DNA of 64,000 nt. It comes from Verrucomicrobiota bacterium. Its GTDB lineage: Bacteria; Verrucomicrobiota; Verrucomicrobiia; Limisphaerales; UBA1096. Where the stretch lies: NCBI GenBank assembly GCA_030749225.1, contig JASMKO010000061.1, positions 17,558 to 81,557 on the forward strand, given 5' to 3'. The translations under genes and the position numbers were made by a program. Below the pieces are notes generated by a model. It searched no databases. It had not been told where the DNA came from and worked only from the letters and a program-made list of their open reading frames with translations. This document shows, piece by piece, positions 21,196-30,894 of the stretch (positions are counted from its first letter, which is position 1; every line of letters begins with the position of its first letter).

Positions 21196-22020
21196 ATGAT
21201 AATCAACACCAATACTACAGCAGTAAGAGCTGCTCGCCTGTTATCTGAATCCACTACAAAGCTGGGTGAGTCACTGGCTCGCCTTTCATCCGGAAGCAAA
21301 ATAGTCAATTCATCTGACGATGCGGCCGGCTTGGCACAGGTGCTCAAGCTCGATGCTCAATTGAAACGAACTCAAGCCGCAAGTGCTAACGTGGGGAATG
21401 CAGTTTCCTTTGTTCAAACGCAGGACGGCTTTCTGGAAAAGGTTCAGACAGCGCTTGAGCGCATGAGTGAACTGACAGTCCTTTCGAAGGACGTCACAAA
21501 AAGCGACACGGATCGATCCAACTACACCGTTGAGTTCCAGCAGTTGCAGAATTACATCAGCGACATTGGGGAGAAGAAATTCAATGGCGTGACGTTGTTT
21601 TCAAGTACCCAGGAAGCTGTGACCATTGACAGTGATGCCAACACATTCAGCATGAATGCGGTGAACATGACAAGTGCCGTGGCGACCACCGGCCTGGCTA
21701 CCATCTACAACGCGACCAGCACGTCGATCTCGAGTACGTCGAATGCGTCGACGGCGTTGACCAACATCAAGACTGCCATCCAGACCTTGGCCGATATGCG
21801 TGCCAAGGCAGGTGCCAATATCCAGAGGTTGAACATGACGGAACAGCAGTTGTCCATATCGAGTGAAAACATCGCGGCGGCTAGCAGTCGGATCAGGGAT
21901 GTCGATGTCGCCCAGGAGAGCACCAACTTCGCCCGTTACAACATACTGGTACAGACGGGCAGTGCCATGCTGGCCCAGGCCAACTTACTTCCGTCGGCGG
22001 CGTTAAGGCTGCTTGGTTGA
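21196..22020 (+). CDS. fliC: Flagellin (short, 274 aa)
   Basis: MIINTN, LARLSSGSKI..SDDAAGLA, KFNG..L, R.KAGA..QRL and SRIRDVDVAQE...IL.Q.G.AMLAQAN motifs. Confidence 0.95.
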   Translation: MIINTNTTAVRAARLLSESTTKLGESLARLSSGSKIVNSSDDAAGLAQVLKLDAQLKRTQAASANVGNAVSFVQTQDGFLEKVQTALERMSELTVLSKDVTKSDTDRSNYTVEFQQLQNYISDIGEKKFNGVTLFSSTQEAVTIDSDANTFSMNAVNMTSAVATTGLATIYNATSTSISSTSNASTALTNIKTAIQTLADMRAKAGANIQRLNMTEQQLSISSENIAAASSRIRDVDVAQESTNFARYNILVQTGSAMLAQANLLPSAALRLLG

Positions 22021-22061
22021 GGTGGTTAGGGACAACGGCCTCGGGCACTCCATTCATTGTG

Positions 22062-22091
22062 CAGGGCGGCTCCCAAGCCGCCCTGTTTTTT
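22062..22091 (+). terminator. Rho-independent terminator after flagellin 1
   Basis: CAGGGCGGC-TCCCAA-GCCGCCCTG perfect 9-bp stem followed by TTTTTT. Confidence 0.85.
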
Positions 22092-22107
22092 GCCTGCTAA
22101 GGTGAAA

Positions 22108-22956
22108 TTAATCTTGATAGGACTCAAGCGCCTCCTTGGCATCGATCTGCTTAAGCAGTTTTTGCATGCCATCGAGGTTCTCACGCAGGGCGATTTCGGA
22201 ATCGGTATCACTGCGATGATCAAGAATGCCTAGCGGCCCTTTATAGCCGGATTGGCGGACGATTCGAAGCATGGTCGCTTCATGTTGTCCTTGCCCAAGC
22301 GGCACAATTTTTGGCCGAGCATTGTCGTTCATCCCGTTTAGATTGAGGCAGAGTAGGTACGGTTGCATCAGCTTCAGGGATTTCTCGAAATCCGTTATAT
22401 GCCCGTGCCCATGGTGGAAATTGTAAACGATGCCGACATGTTTGGCGTCTTGATGCATCCGGAGATACTCGCAAAGGGCTACGAGGTTGGTCGGCTCGCC
22501 GCCCTGACCGCCGTGGTTGTAGAGGCCAAGCTTGCTGCCAAGTTGCCGTGTGCGTTTCACAAACGGTGACAGCACCTTGGCTGCTGCGGCCAAGCGCCCT
22601 TCCCGTGATTCGCCCTCCGGACTGGGCGCGGTGATCCATATCTGCGGGTGAATCCTGTGTTTCGAAAACAGGCGAAACGCCTCCTCATGAGCGCCCCAGA
22701 AGGCAAAGTATTCGAGCTCGTGTTTTTTGTACTGGAGGATTTCCTCCTCGAATTCATCTATATGCCGTTCGCGCCAATCGTAGGCCACGCGTTTGAGGCC
22801 CAAGCGCGCCAGCATCTTGGCCCGCGCCGCTGGTCCGCGCTCCTTGGCATCGAAAGGAACAATGCACCATGCGACCAGTTTGTCCTTGTCGAATGAATTC
22901 GCATGGCCAAGCGATGCAAAACCAAGCAAGGCAGCAATCAGTAACCGAGGGTTCAT
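22108..22956 (-). CDS. Exported sugar-phosphate isomerase/epimerase-like TIM-barrel protein
   Basis: Signal peptide; LGLYNHGG, GIVYNFHH, LNLNG and GYKGPLGILDH motifs. Confidence 0.7.
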   Translation of the reverse strand: MNPRLLIAALLGFASLGHANSFDKDKLVAWCIVPFDAKERGPAARAKMLARLGLKRVAYDWRERHIDEFEEEILQYKKHELEYFAFWGAHEEAFRLFSKHRIHPQIWITAPSPEGESREGRLAAAAKVLSPFVKRTRQLGSKLGLYNHGGQGGEPTNLVALCEYLRMHQDAKHVGIVYNFHHGHGHITDFEKSLKLMQPYLLCLNLNGMNDNARPKIVPLGQGQHEATMLRIVRQSGYKGPLGILDHRSDTDSEIALRENLDGMQKLLKQIDAKEALESYQD

Positions 22957-22962
22957 GAGGGT

Positions 22963-24249
22963 TCAGCGGTTCATAATGGACTCGATCTCGTCAGCCTCGA
23001 TCGGAATCTTGGCCATCAAGTTGACCGGGCCACCCTCAGTCACGACGATGTCATCCTCGAGTCGGATTCCGAAGCCCTCGTCCGGCAGGTAAATGCCCGG
23101 TTCCACGGTGAGCACGGTGCCGGGGGTGAAAGGTGCGTTGGTGTCACCAACGTCGTGTACGTCGAGCCCCAATGGGTGGCCGAGGCCATGCATGAAGTAT
23201 TTGCGGCAGGCGGGGTTGTCGGGGGTTTGCTTCTTTACTTGGCTGGTCTTGAGAAGGTCGAGTTTCAGCAGCTCCTCATTCATGTGGGCTTGGGCTTCCT
23301 TGGTCCAGTCACGGTGAAGTTTGCCAATTGTGGCGCTTTTAATGCTCGCACGCAGCACGCACAGGACTGCGTTGTAAACCCGTTTTTGTCGACGACTGAA
23401 CTTGCCGCTCACCGGGATAGTTCGAGTGAGATCAGCGTTGTAGTTGGCATAGCTGGAAGCCACATCCATTAGTAGTAGTTGGCCCTTTCGGCAGACTTGA
23501 TCATTCTGCAGATAATGCAGGACACAGTTGTTCTTCCCTGTGGCGACAATGGGCGTGTAGGCGAATTTGCCGCGACGACGTATGAATTCGCGCGACAATT
23601 CGGCTTCCACCTCGTACTCGGTCACACCCGGTTTCACAAACCGCAGCGTTCGATGGAATCCTTTTGCTGTGATGTTCACCGCCTCCTTGAGTAGTTCGAG
23701 CTCCAGATCCGTCTTCACCACGCGCAACTGATGCAACAACGGAGCGAGTCGGCGATAGGTGTGTAGTGGGAAATCCTTCCGGCATTGATGGATGAAACGC
23801 GCATCGCGAGTTTCCACTTCGACTTTGGCTCGTTTGTATTCATTGCTATTCAAATAGGCTGATTCTGCTTCGCACATCAACGAGCGAAACATCACTGGGA
23901 ATTCCGACAACCACTGGATGTTTTTGATACCGGAGATTTTTCGCGCGTCCTCCTTTGTGTGCTTGTAGCCCTCCCAGATTTTCAGATGTTCGTTCGGTTC
24001 ACGGAGGAACAGAATTTCCCTGTTCTTTTCCTCCTCGGCATCAGGGAACATCACCAAGATGCTTTCCTCCTGCTCGATGCCGCTCAGGTAAAACAGGTCG
24101 GCGTTCGGCTGCATTGGCAAGGTGCCGTCAGCATTGGTCGGTAACACGTCGTTCGCGTTCAGGGCGGCCAAGGCCTTGGGTGCCATCAACTTCGCGAGTT
24201 GTTGGCGGTTCTGTACGAAGAGTTTGTTATTGATTGGCTTGTGTCGCAT
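22963..24249 (-). CDS. pepP: Xaa-Pro aminopeptidase (M24B)
   Basis: LHY, LMD, ADLTRT, HGLGH.LGLDVHD, TVEPGIY and GIRLEDD metal-site motifs. Start moved to 24249 (MRHKP). Confidence 0.92.
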   Translation of the reverse strand: MRHKPINNKLFVQNRQQLAKLMAPKALAALNANDVLPTNADGTLPMQPNADLFYLSGIEQEESILVMFPDAEEEKNREILFLREPNEHLKIWEGYKHTKEDARKISGIKNIQWLSEFPVMFRSLMCEAESAYLNSNEYKRAKVEVETRDARFIHQCRKDFPLHTYRRLAPLLHQLRVVKTDLELELLKEAVNITAKGFHRTLRFVKPGVTEYEVEAELSREFIRRRGKFAYTPIVATGKNNCVLHYLQNDQVCRKGQLLLMDVASSYANYNADLTRTIPVSGKFSRRQKRVYNAVLCVLRASIKSATIGKLHRDWTKEAQAHMNEELLKLDLLKTSQVKKQTPDNPACRKYFMHGLGHPLGLDVHDVGDTNAPFTPGTVLTVEPGIYLPDEGFGIRLEDDIVVTEGGPVNLMAKIPIEADEIESIMNR

Positions 24250-24305
24250 TATGATCGGTGGCGACAGACTGCGTAAAAGGTCGCCAGTCGGCAAAGGTTT
24301 TTGTT

Positions 24306-25295
24306 TTACTCCGTTTGAACAAACGCTTCCAGGTATTGCTCGACAATCTGTTTAAGTGGTGGGGGCATGGGTAGGCCAAGCGCCATGGCACGCGAGCTGT
24401 CCACGGATGTGGGCCAATTGTCGACGATTGCCTGGATACGCGGGTCGAAGGCATTGGACACTTGGCCAAGCGCGAGTGTTTTCTCCCCGGCCAATTCATT
24501 CAAGACTGTTTCGGCCATGGCTGGGGTGACTTGGTGGGCGGGCAAGCAGTATGCACGGTCATCACCTAAGCGTTCCTCCGGTGCCTCATGCAGCGTGATG
24601 AACGAGTCAACGACGGTGCGGAAGCCGGTCATTGGGTGCGGTTGATCGCGGTGAACCGGCAATTCGCAGGTCTCGCCGTTGAGCGGCTCGCGGAACATCC
24701 CACTGGCCCAGCTTGATGCGGCGGCGTTGGGTTTGCCGGGGCGGATGATCACGGTCGGGAGCCGGGCGGATCGGCCGTCAAAATGGCCCTTGCGTGAGTG
24801 GTCGTTTACGAGCAGTTCGCAAATCGCCTTGGTCATGCCGTAGGTCGTTTGGGGTGTGCGCTTGGCCAGATCGCTCACCGGTGTGGGCATTGCGGCGCCA
24901 CCAAAACAGGCGATGCTGCTGGCAAACACCACACGCGGCCGGCCTCCGATCATGCGTGCGGCCTCGAAGATGTTTCGACCACCGTCAAGATTCACACGCA
25001 GGGCATCATCATAGCGCTCCTCGCACTCGCCGCTGACCATCGATGCAAGGTGGAAGATGGAGACATCGGTGCAGCCGTCAATGGCTGACTCGATTAAATC
25101 TCTGTCACCGATGTCGCCGTTAATCTCCTTAATTCGTTCGTCTGTTTGAGGCATGGAAAAGCGGGCATCAATGAGCACTATTTGCTCGATGGGTTCTGGT
25201 GCGCCACTCTGGCCGGTGAGGGTTCCCTGATTGAGGATTTTGCTCGCGAGTTGGGAACCGAGGAATCCACCTCCGCCGGTGATGATGACTTTCAT
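24306..25295 (-). CDS. denD: D-erythronate dehydrogenase-like extended SDR
   Basis: TGGGGFLG, FHLA..VSGE.E, ASSIA.FG, YGMTK and RLPTVIIRPGKPNAAASS.ASG..REPL.G pattern typical of DenD. Confidence 0.78.
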   Translation of the reverse strand: MKVIITGGGGFLGSQLASKILNQGTLTGQSGAPEPIEQIVLIDARFSMPQTDERIKEINGDIGDRDLIESAIDGCTDVSIFHLASMVSGECEERYDDALRVNLDGGRNIFEAARMIGGRPRVVFASSIACFGGAAMPTPVSDLAKRTPQTTYGMTKAICELLVNDHSRKGHFDGRSARLPTVIIRPGKPNAAASSWASGMFREPLNGETCELPVHRDQPHPMTGFRTVVDSFITLHEAPEERLGDDRAYCLPAHQVTPAMAETVLNELAGEKTLALGQVSNAFDPRIQAIVDNWPTSVDSSRAMALGLPMPPPLKQIVEQYLEAFVQTE

Positions 25296-26183
25296 TTAGG
25301 TAAATGAGATGTTGTTGAGTTCCTCGAGATGAGTAAGCAGGCCGCTGTGATCCATGTCCGCCTTGCCGCTATTAACCATGCCGTCGAACAGTTTGTGGAT
25401 TAGCTTTGTGATCGGGAGGTCGAGCCCAAGTTGGTCTGCGGTCTTCAGTGCGTTTTGTAAATCTTTGACTTGAAATTTCGCCGGGCCGCCCGGTTCGAAG
25501 GTTCGCTCGACCATGCGTTGGCCGTGCTCGGTGAGAATGCGACTGGAGGCAAAGCCGCCCTGCAACGCCTCCCGTATTTTCGCTCGATCCGCACCGCCAC
25601 CACCAGCCAATATGAACGCCTCGCTCACCGCGCCAATGGTGATGGCGACGATCACTTGGTTGGCCAGCTTGGCTAATTGCCCGCAGCCACTTGGCCCGAC
25701 ATGGGTTGCTTGGCCAAGCGGAGTGAAGACTGGCTGCATCGCCGAAAAGGTGCTGGCATCGCCACCGGCCATGATGGCTAGTTCGCCGGCCGCTGCGCCC
25801 CGGGTGCCTCCAGAGACTGGGGCGTCGAGGTAGTGTACTCCCTGCTCGGCGTGGCGCTTGGCGTGGTTGATGGCCTCGTCGGCACCGATGGAGCCCATGT
25901 CGATGTGTGTGGCGCCTTCACGGATGGAGTCGGTTGTGTCCTGATCGAACATCACTGCCGACACCGCCGGTCCGTCGGAGAGCATGGTGATGACCACGTC
26001 GGCACCGGCAACAGCGCTTTGCGGTGTGACGGCGACGACAGCTCCGCGCTTGGACAACGGCTCGGCCTTGGCCAGACTACGATTCCACACGGTAAGCGGC
26101 AATCCGGCTTCAAGCAGATTGTGACACATCGGTTCCCCCATTAGGCCGGTGCCGAGGAAGGCGATCTTATTATAACCGCTCAT
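25296..26183 (-). CDS. Beta-hydroxyacid dehydrogenase (2-hydroxy-3-oxopropionate reductase-like)
   Basis: AFLGTGLMG, LDAPVSGG, GQLAKLANQ, GFASSRIL..HGQRM and KDL motifs. Confidence 0.85.
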   Translation of the reverse strand: MSGYNKIAFLGTGLMGEPMCHNLLEAGLPLTVWNRSLAKAEPLSKRGAVVAVTPQSAVAGADVVITMLSDGPAVSAVMFDQDTTDSIREGATHIDMGSIGADEAINHAKRHAEQGVHYLDAPVSGGTRGAAAGELAIMAGGDASTFSAMQPVFTPLGQATHVGPSGCGQLAKLANQVIVAITIGAVSEAFILAGGGGADRAKIREALQGGFASSRILTEHGQRMVERTFEPGGPAKFQVKDLQNALKTADQLGLDLPITKLIHKLFDGMVNSGKADMDHSGLLTHLEELNNISFT

Positions 26184-26210
26184 TATTTTCTCGGTCTTGT
26201 GCTTCGTTGG

Positions 26211-27665
26211 TTAGGCGCTGGGGTCGTAGTTGGTGTTCGGTGCAGGCATCTTCGCTTTCATACGCTTTTGCCAAGCGGCAAGTTTAGCCCGCAGCCGCTT
26301 GACCTCGGCGGGATTGGCCTTGGCCAAGTTGTTGCGTTCGCTGGGGTCATTGGCAAGGTTGTACAGCTCGAATTTGTCGTAATGATAAAACTCGATGAGC
26401 TTCCAGTCACCTTCGCGGATGGAGGCCCCCGGTTTCCATGCGGAGCCATGGTAATGAGGGTAATGCCAGTAGAAGGTTCGCATACCGTACTCGTTGCCTT
26501 TGAGTTGGGGTATGAGGCTTTGCCCGTCGATGTGCAGTTTGGGACGAAGCGGGAGGCCAGCCAGATCGAGCATGGTCGGGAAGAAATCCATGCTAACCAT
26601 CGGTTTGTGAGAGACACTATTTGGTTGTGTGACCTCGGGGGCACGGATGATCGTAGGTTCGCGCACGCCGCCTTCGTACAGCCAGCCCTTGCCGGCCCGG
26701 AGCGGGAGGTTGCAACCGGGGCCGGAGCGTCCACGCTGGAGGGTGCTAAGGCCTCCGTTGTCGCTAAAAAATATGACGACGGTGTTTTTGTCGAGTTTAA
26801 GCTCAGTCAACTTGCTCAGAAGCGCACCGACGCTGTCGTCCACGGCGGCCACCATCGAGGCCAACGCTGAGTTGTCCTGTCGCAGGCGGTTGGTGCCATC
26901 GTGCTCCGGTTCAGTCGGCGTTTTGCCTTCGAACGCCTTGGCCGCCTTGGATTGATAATGGTCGATGTGTTTGTTGTACGCCTGTATTGGAGTGTGGATG
27001 TTGTAGTAGGAAAGATAGAGCAGGAACGGCTTGGTTTGGTCTCGCTCTTTCAGGAATTTGAGAGATTCCTCGGTGAGGCGTTCGGTGAGGTATTCCCCCT
27101 TGTGCTTGGCTTTAAGGGTGGGGTTAGTCCAAGGCGCATAGTAGCCGCCAGGAGGTGAGCCGCGCTGGTGGCCTCCGATGTTCATGTCGAAACCCTGGTC
27201 GGTCGGCCAATGGCCTTTGTCGCCGAGATGCCATTTGCCGGCGAAGAAAGTCTGGTAGCCATGCTCTTTGAGTACTTCGGCAATGGTGACTTCCTCAAGG
27301 GGCAAATGGCGGCGGTCGTCGGGGTGGAGCAGGGGGTTTGTGGGGCGGTTGGGCTGGCCGGGAATCCAGTCGGTGATATCGACGCGCACCGGATGCCTTC
27401 CGGTCATGATGCTGGCGCGTGTCGGGCTGCAAACGGATCCGGCGGCATAGCCATGCGTGAAACGCATCCCGCTCCTGGCCAACTGGTCAATGTTCGGTGT
27501 CTCGTGGAACGTGCTGCCGTTGGCCCCGATGTCCGCCCAGCCCATGTCGTCTACAAGGAAGAATAGAAAATTGGTCTGCTTTGCGGCGTCAAGTGCCGGT
27601 GCGGCTATGATTAAAACACAGAGGATGTAGAGGCGCAGAGGCTCGCAGAGTTTAGTTACTTTCAA
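26211..27665 (-). CDS. Sulfatase (S1, Cys-type)
   Basis: [28 protein letters not shown] and GKG.LYEGG.R motifs. Probable TTG start at 27665; the ORF-track extension overlaps the upstream gene. Confidence 0.9.
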   Translation of the reverse strand: MKVTKLCEPLRLYILCVLIIAAPALDAAKQTNFLFFLVDDMGWADIGANGSTFHETPNIDQLARSGMRFTHGYAAGSVCSPTRASIMTGRHPVRVDITDWIPGQPNRPTNPLLHPDDRRHLPLEEVTIAEVLKEHGYQTFFAGKWHLGDKGHWPTDQGFDMNIGGHQRGSPPGGYYAPWTNPTLKAKHKGEYLTERLTEESLKFLKERDQTKPFLLYLSYYNIHTPIQAYNKHIDHYQSKAAKAFEGKTPTEPEHDGTNRLRQDNSALASMVAAVDDSVGALLSKLTELKLDKNTVVIFFSDNGGLSTLQRGRSGPGCNLPLRAGKGWLYEGGVREPTIIRAPEVTQPNSVSHKPMVSMDFFPTMLDLAGLPLRPKLHIDGQSLIPQLKGNEYGMRTFYWHYPHYHGSAWKPGASIREGDWKLIEFYHYDKFELYNLANDPSERNNLAKANPAEVKRLRAKLAAWQKRMKAKMPAPNTNYDPSA

Positions 27666-27699
27666 TGTTTGAAATTTATTGGGGGTTCCTTGATCTGGT

Positions 27700-29232
27700 T
27701 TAGAGCTTCGGGGCTTTCCAATCGGGGATGCCGCCGTTTTTGATCTGTTCGGCGTACCAGACGTGAAAGGGGCGAGTGGCGGACATAGGCACGCCTTCAT
27801 TGACCATCAACGGTCGGGCTTCTTTCCAAAACTGCGCGAAGGCAGTGCGCATTTTTGTGGCCACCACGGGTTGTTGCTCAATGATGTTGGTAGTTTGGCC
27901 GGGATCCTTTGTCATGTCAAAGAGTGCGTCTTTTGGTGAAACGCCTTCCTTGCGCTGTCGTTCGGAAACGCTTATGGCAGTACCGCCGCCCACGAATCGG
28001 TAGCGCTCGCTGCGCACGGCATAATTTATCCACTTGAAATCATCCGGGTTCGCACCTGTTTTCCAGCGACCCTTGTGGGTGAAGAGGTATCGATCTTGCA
28101 GCGATTTCTTTTTACCCGACAGCAGTGGCAACATACTACGGCCCTCGACCTGGCCCTTGGGTAGCGTCTTGATACCAGCGATATCCGCGAAGGTGGGCAG
28201 CACGTCGATGTGCGCGCTGAGGGTGTCGATGTTGCGCCCGCATTCCCACTGAGCATCCCAGCGTACGAAGAATGGTACGCGCACACCGCCTTCATCGGCG
28301 CTGCCCTTCAGACCTTTCATGCTGGCGTTGTAAAACGGATAGCCCTCGGCCACCGGCTGTCCTTTGCGCCCTGAGCCACCGCCGGTCATGCCGTTGTCGC
28401 TCATGAAAATCAAAATTGTGTTCTTGAATAAATCCCATTCCATCATTTTGCCCATCAGGCGCCCCATGTTTTCGTCGATATTCTCGATCATCCCGTAAAA
28501 GCCCGCTTGCCGGGCGGCAAAGCCGCGGTCGGTGAAGCGCTTGGCGTTCTTAGGCGGCGCGATGAACGGCCCGTGTGGCGCGTTGGTGGTGATGTAAGCG
28601 AAGAACGGTGCATCGCTATCTTTCTTCTGTTTGATCCAGCCTAGCGCAGCGTTGAAAAACAAATCCGTGCAGAAGCCCTTGGTTTTCACGAATGAACCGT
28701 TGTGACGGATGATGGGGTCGAAGTATTTGTTGCCAGGTGCGTCAGCGCAACTGCAGTTGTAAGCTTGCCCAATGCCGCCTGCGCCATGGATGAAGGCCTC
28801 GTCGAAGCCGCGGTTGTGAGGCTGATAAGCCTCCTCATCGCCGAGGTGCCATTTGCCGAAAATACCGCTGGTGTAGCCGGCCCGCTTTAGGACCTGTGGC
28901 AATGTGGTGGCCTTGAGGGTCATGCGTTCGCGCTCGAGGATGGTATGCGTCACGCCGTTTTTCATCGGGTGCCGGCCGGTCATCAGCGCGCTACGCGTCG
29001 GCGCGCATGTCGGACTGACCATGAACCGCGTGAATCGCGTGCTGGTGTCGTACAGTTTGTTGAGGTTGGGCGTCTTGATCCACGGATGCCCATGCCGTCC
29101 AACTGGCCCGAAGCCCTGGTCGTCTGTGATGACAAGGATAATGTTGGGCTTCTTGGCTTGGGTATCCGCTTGGCCAAGGGATCCTCCAAGCGTGCAAAGA
29201 AACAGAGTGAGTAGTCGAAGTGCAGATTGCAT
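27700..29232 (-). CDS. Arylsulfatase (S1, Cys-type)
   Basis: Signal peptide; [33 protein letters not shown] and EGGVRVP motifs. Confidence 0.92.
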   Translation of the reverse strand: MQSALRLLTLFLCTLGGSLGQADTQAKKPNIILVITDDQGFGPVGRHGHPWIKTPNLNKLYDTSTRFTRFMVSPTCAPTRSALMTGRHPMKNGVTHTILERERMTLKATTLPQVLKRAGYTSGIFGKWHLGDEEAYQPHNRGFDEAFIHGAGGIGQAYNCSCADAPGNKYFDPIIRHNGSFVKTKGFCTDLFFNAALGWIKQKKDSDAPFFAYITTNAPHGPFIAPPKNAKRFTDRGFAARQAGFYGMIENIDENMGRLMGKMMEWDLFKNTILIFMSDNGMTGGGSGRKGQPVAEGYPFYNASMKGLKGSADEGGVRVPFFVRWDAQWECGRNIDTLSAHIDVLPTFADIAGIKTLPKGQVEGRSMLPLLSGKKKSLQDRYLFTHKGRWKTGANPDDFKWINYAVRSERYRFVGGGTAISVSERQRKEGVSPKDALFDMTKDPGQTTNIIEQQPVVATKMRTAFAQFWKEARPLMVNEGVPMSATRPFHVWYAEQIKNGGIPDWKAPKL

Positions 29233-29329
29233 GCCCGGTTGATAACCGAAGAGGCGAGCCTTGCCAACATGGGATTTACTTAATCCTGATTTCTATTGCA
29301 AGCGTTTGCCCAAGGCGTAGTACTCGCTC

Positions 29330-29614
29330 ATGGCTGCTTCATCAAGCCACTGCTGCCGGGCGGCGGAGCGATTTTGTTTCCGAGCATTTTTGGTGTCGTT
29401 TGGCTTCCTTTTGTTCTGGTTTCTGTTGACGGTTGTCGCATGGGATTGGGCGGTTGGCATCCATGGTGCGACGCTTGGGGTCGAGGAAGCTAAAATGGAA
29501 CAATTTTCCTATGACGTGAAGATAGTGAATTACTTCCTAATGGGAGCATTCAAGCTGGCTGCATTCCTGTTGTTCCTCATCCCGTGGTTGGTTCTTCGAT
29601 TTTCGAGGAATTAA
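29330..29614 (+). CDS. Small membrane protein (DUF6868-like)
   Basis: 94 aa with two hydrophobic segments and a C-terminal Y..MG.FKL...LF..IPWL.L pattern. Confidence 0.55.
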   Translation: MAASSSHCCRAAERFCFRAFLVSFGFLLFWFLLTVVAWDWAVGIHGATLGVEEAKMEQFSYDVKIVNYFLMGAFKLAAFLLFLIPWLVLRFSRN

Positions 29615-29784
29615 GTTTTACGCTCTTCTGTATCAGTCGACAGCCGCTCCATTTTTTGATATGGCTGCGTGTGCCGTAGCCGAACAATCATATTGCATCA
29701 AGTCCGCTAAGATTGTGGTGTGAGGCCGGGGAAACCGGTTTCGACGTGGCCGTGGCGGTCGTGGGAGATTCGCGCCAGCCGCGG

Positions 29785-30867
29785 TTAGTTCGACTTCCGG
29801 CGGGTGAAGAGGCGCGACACCCAATGGTTCAGTCGGCCCGCAAACGAGCACTGGCAGAGGAAGGCATCCATCAGTCCGCGAGTGCCGGTACAGAACTTCT
29901 GCTTGTAGTCGTGGCCGCCCTGCATGAAGTCGAACTCCGTGCAGCCCTCGCGGATCGCCCGCTCGATGTTGTGCAGCATTAACAGCTTGCCGGGTGAGTG
30001 CCGGTGGTAGTCTGGCAGGTAGGCGATGTGAAAAAAGCCGTAGTAGCCGGGCTGGCGGATGGCAATCTCGAAGGCGATCGCCATCTGGTTGAGGCGCAGC
30101 GCGGTGATCTCCGCTTGGCCAAGCGCCATCAGCTTCGGCAGAAGTTCGTGAAAAAATTCCTCCGAACCCCTCCCGGTCAGTTGTCCCAATCTCTCCCGCC
30201 CCTTCCAACTGACTTTCTCGATGGAGCGCATCTCCACCTCGAAGTGCAGCAGGTCGTCCGGTGTGCGGTAGGTGACGTACTCGACTTGGCCGAATTGTTC
30301 AACGTGACGGGCGTCGTAGCGGAGTGATTTGCGTGTCTTGGCACCGACCGTGCCATTGATGTATCCCTCGAAATCGGGCTGAGTACCCAGGTCGATGAAG
30401 TGGTTCGGGGAGCGATTCCGGATAGTCGTCAGGTTGGGAAAGGAGGCCAGCGCGGGCTCGAGGTGGTCACGCACCCATTGACCGCGCAGCAGGGGAATCC
30501 AGATGAACCGGTAATCTTCGAGCAGTTGGGCAAGCGCCTCGAAGACGGTTTTGAGTAGGGTTTCGTCACGTCGGATGACCAGTGGCTCGAGGCAGTTTGC
30601 GATATCCGAAAGGCTGACCCAAAGTCCGCGCCCACCAATCGCCGCGTACTCAAAAAACGGCCAGGTGGCGACAAGACGGTTGTCAGCGTCGCGCACGATG
30701 AGTGTCACGGGGAACACCCGTCCACCCCGGTGATTGAGCCAAGTGAACACCCACTCGGCGGAAAAAAACGGATTCGGCGACTCGGCTTGGTTGAACAGCC
30801 ACCGCCACTCATCTTCCAACGCCTCGAGTGGATTGAAGCCGTTCAGGACGTGTGCCGTGTACTGCAT
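29785..30867 (-). CDS. GNAT family N-acyltransferase (Acetyltransf_6 / CelD-BcsL-like)
   Basis: EW..L.....PF.S.EW, KTRK.LR, SWKG, SPG.LL and EFDF..G...YK motifs. Confidence 0.8.
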   Translation of the reverse strand: MQYTAHVLNGFNPLEALEDEWRWLFNQAESPNPFFSAEWVFTWLNHRGGRVFPVTLIVRDADNRLVATWPFFEYAAIGGRGLWVSLSDIANCLEPLVIRRDETLLKTVFEALAQLLEDYRFIWIPLLRGQWVRDHLEPALASFPNLTTIRNRSPNHFIDLGTQPDFEGYINGTVGAKTRKSLRYDARHVEQFGQVEYVTYRTPDDLLHFEVEMRSIEKVSWKGRERLGQLTGRGSEEFFHELLPKLMALGQAEITALRLNQMAIAFEIAIRQPGYYGFFHIAYLPDYHRHSPGKLLMLHNIERAIREGCTEFDFMQGGHDYKQKFCTGTRGLMDAFLCQCSFAGRLNHWVSRLFTRRKSN

Positions 30868-30875
30868 GGGATGGC

Positions 30876-30889
30876 CGCTTGGCCAAGCG
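30876..30889. repeat. Intergenic perfect copy of the 14-bp palindrome CGCTTGGCCAAGCG
   Basis: Occupies half of the 27-bp gap between the sulfatase stop (30895) and the GNAT start (30867). Confidence 0.9.
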
Positions 30890-30894
30890 TTTGG

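Noticed and set aside
29727-29745. GGGGAAACCGGTTTCGAC resembling a tmRNA 5-prime end; the palindrome GAAACCGGTTTC also occurs at 13682
   Set aside because: The spacing is shorter than in tmRNA, it runs into the GNAT gene after about 40 bp, and I found no 3-prime tRNA-like end. Two copies are too few to call a repeat family.
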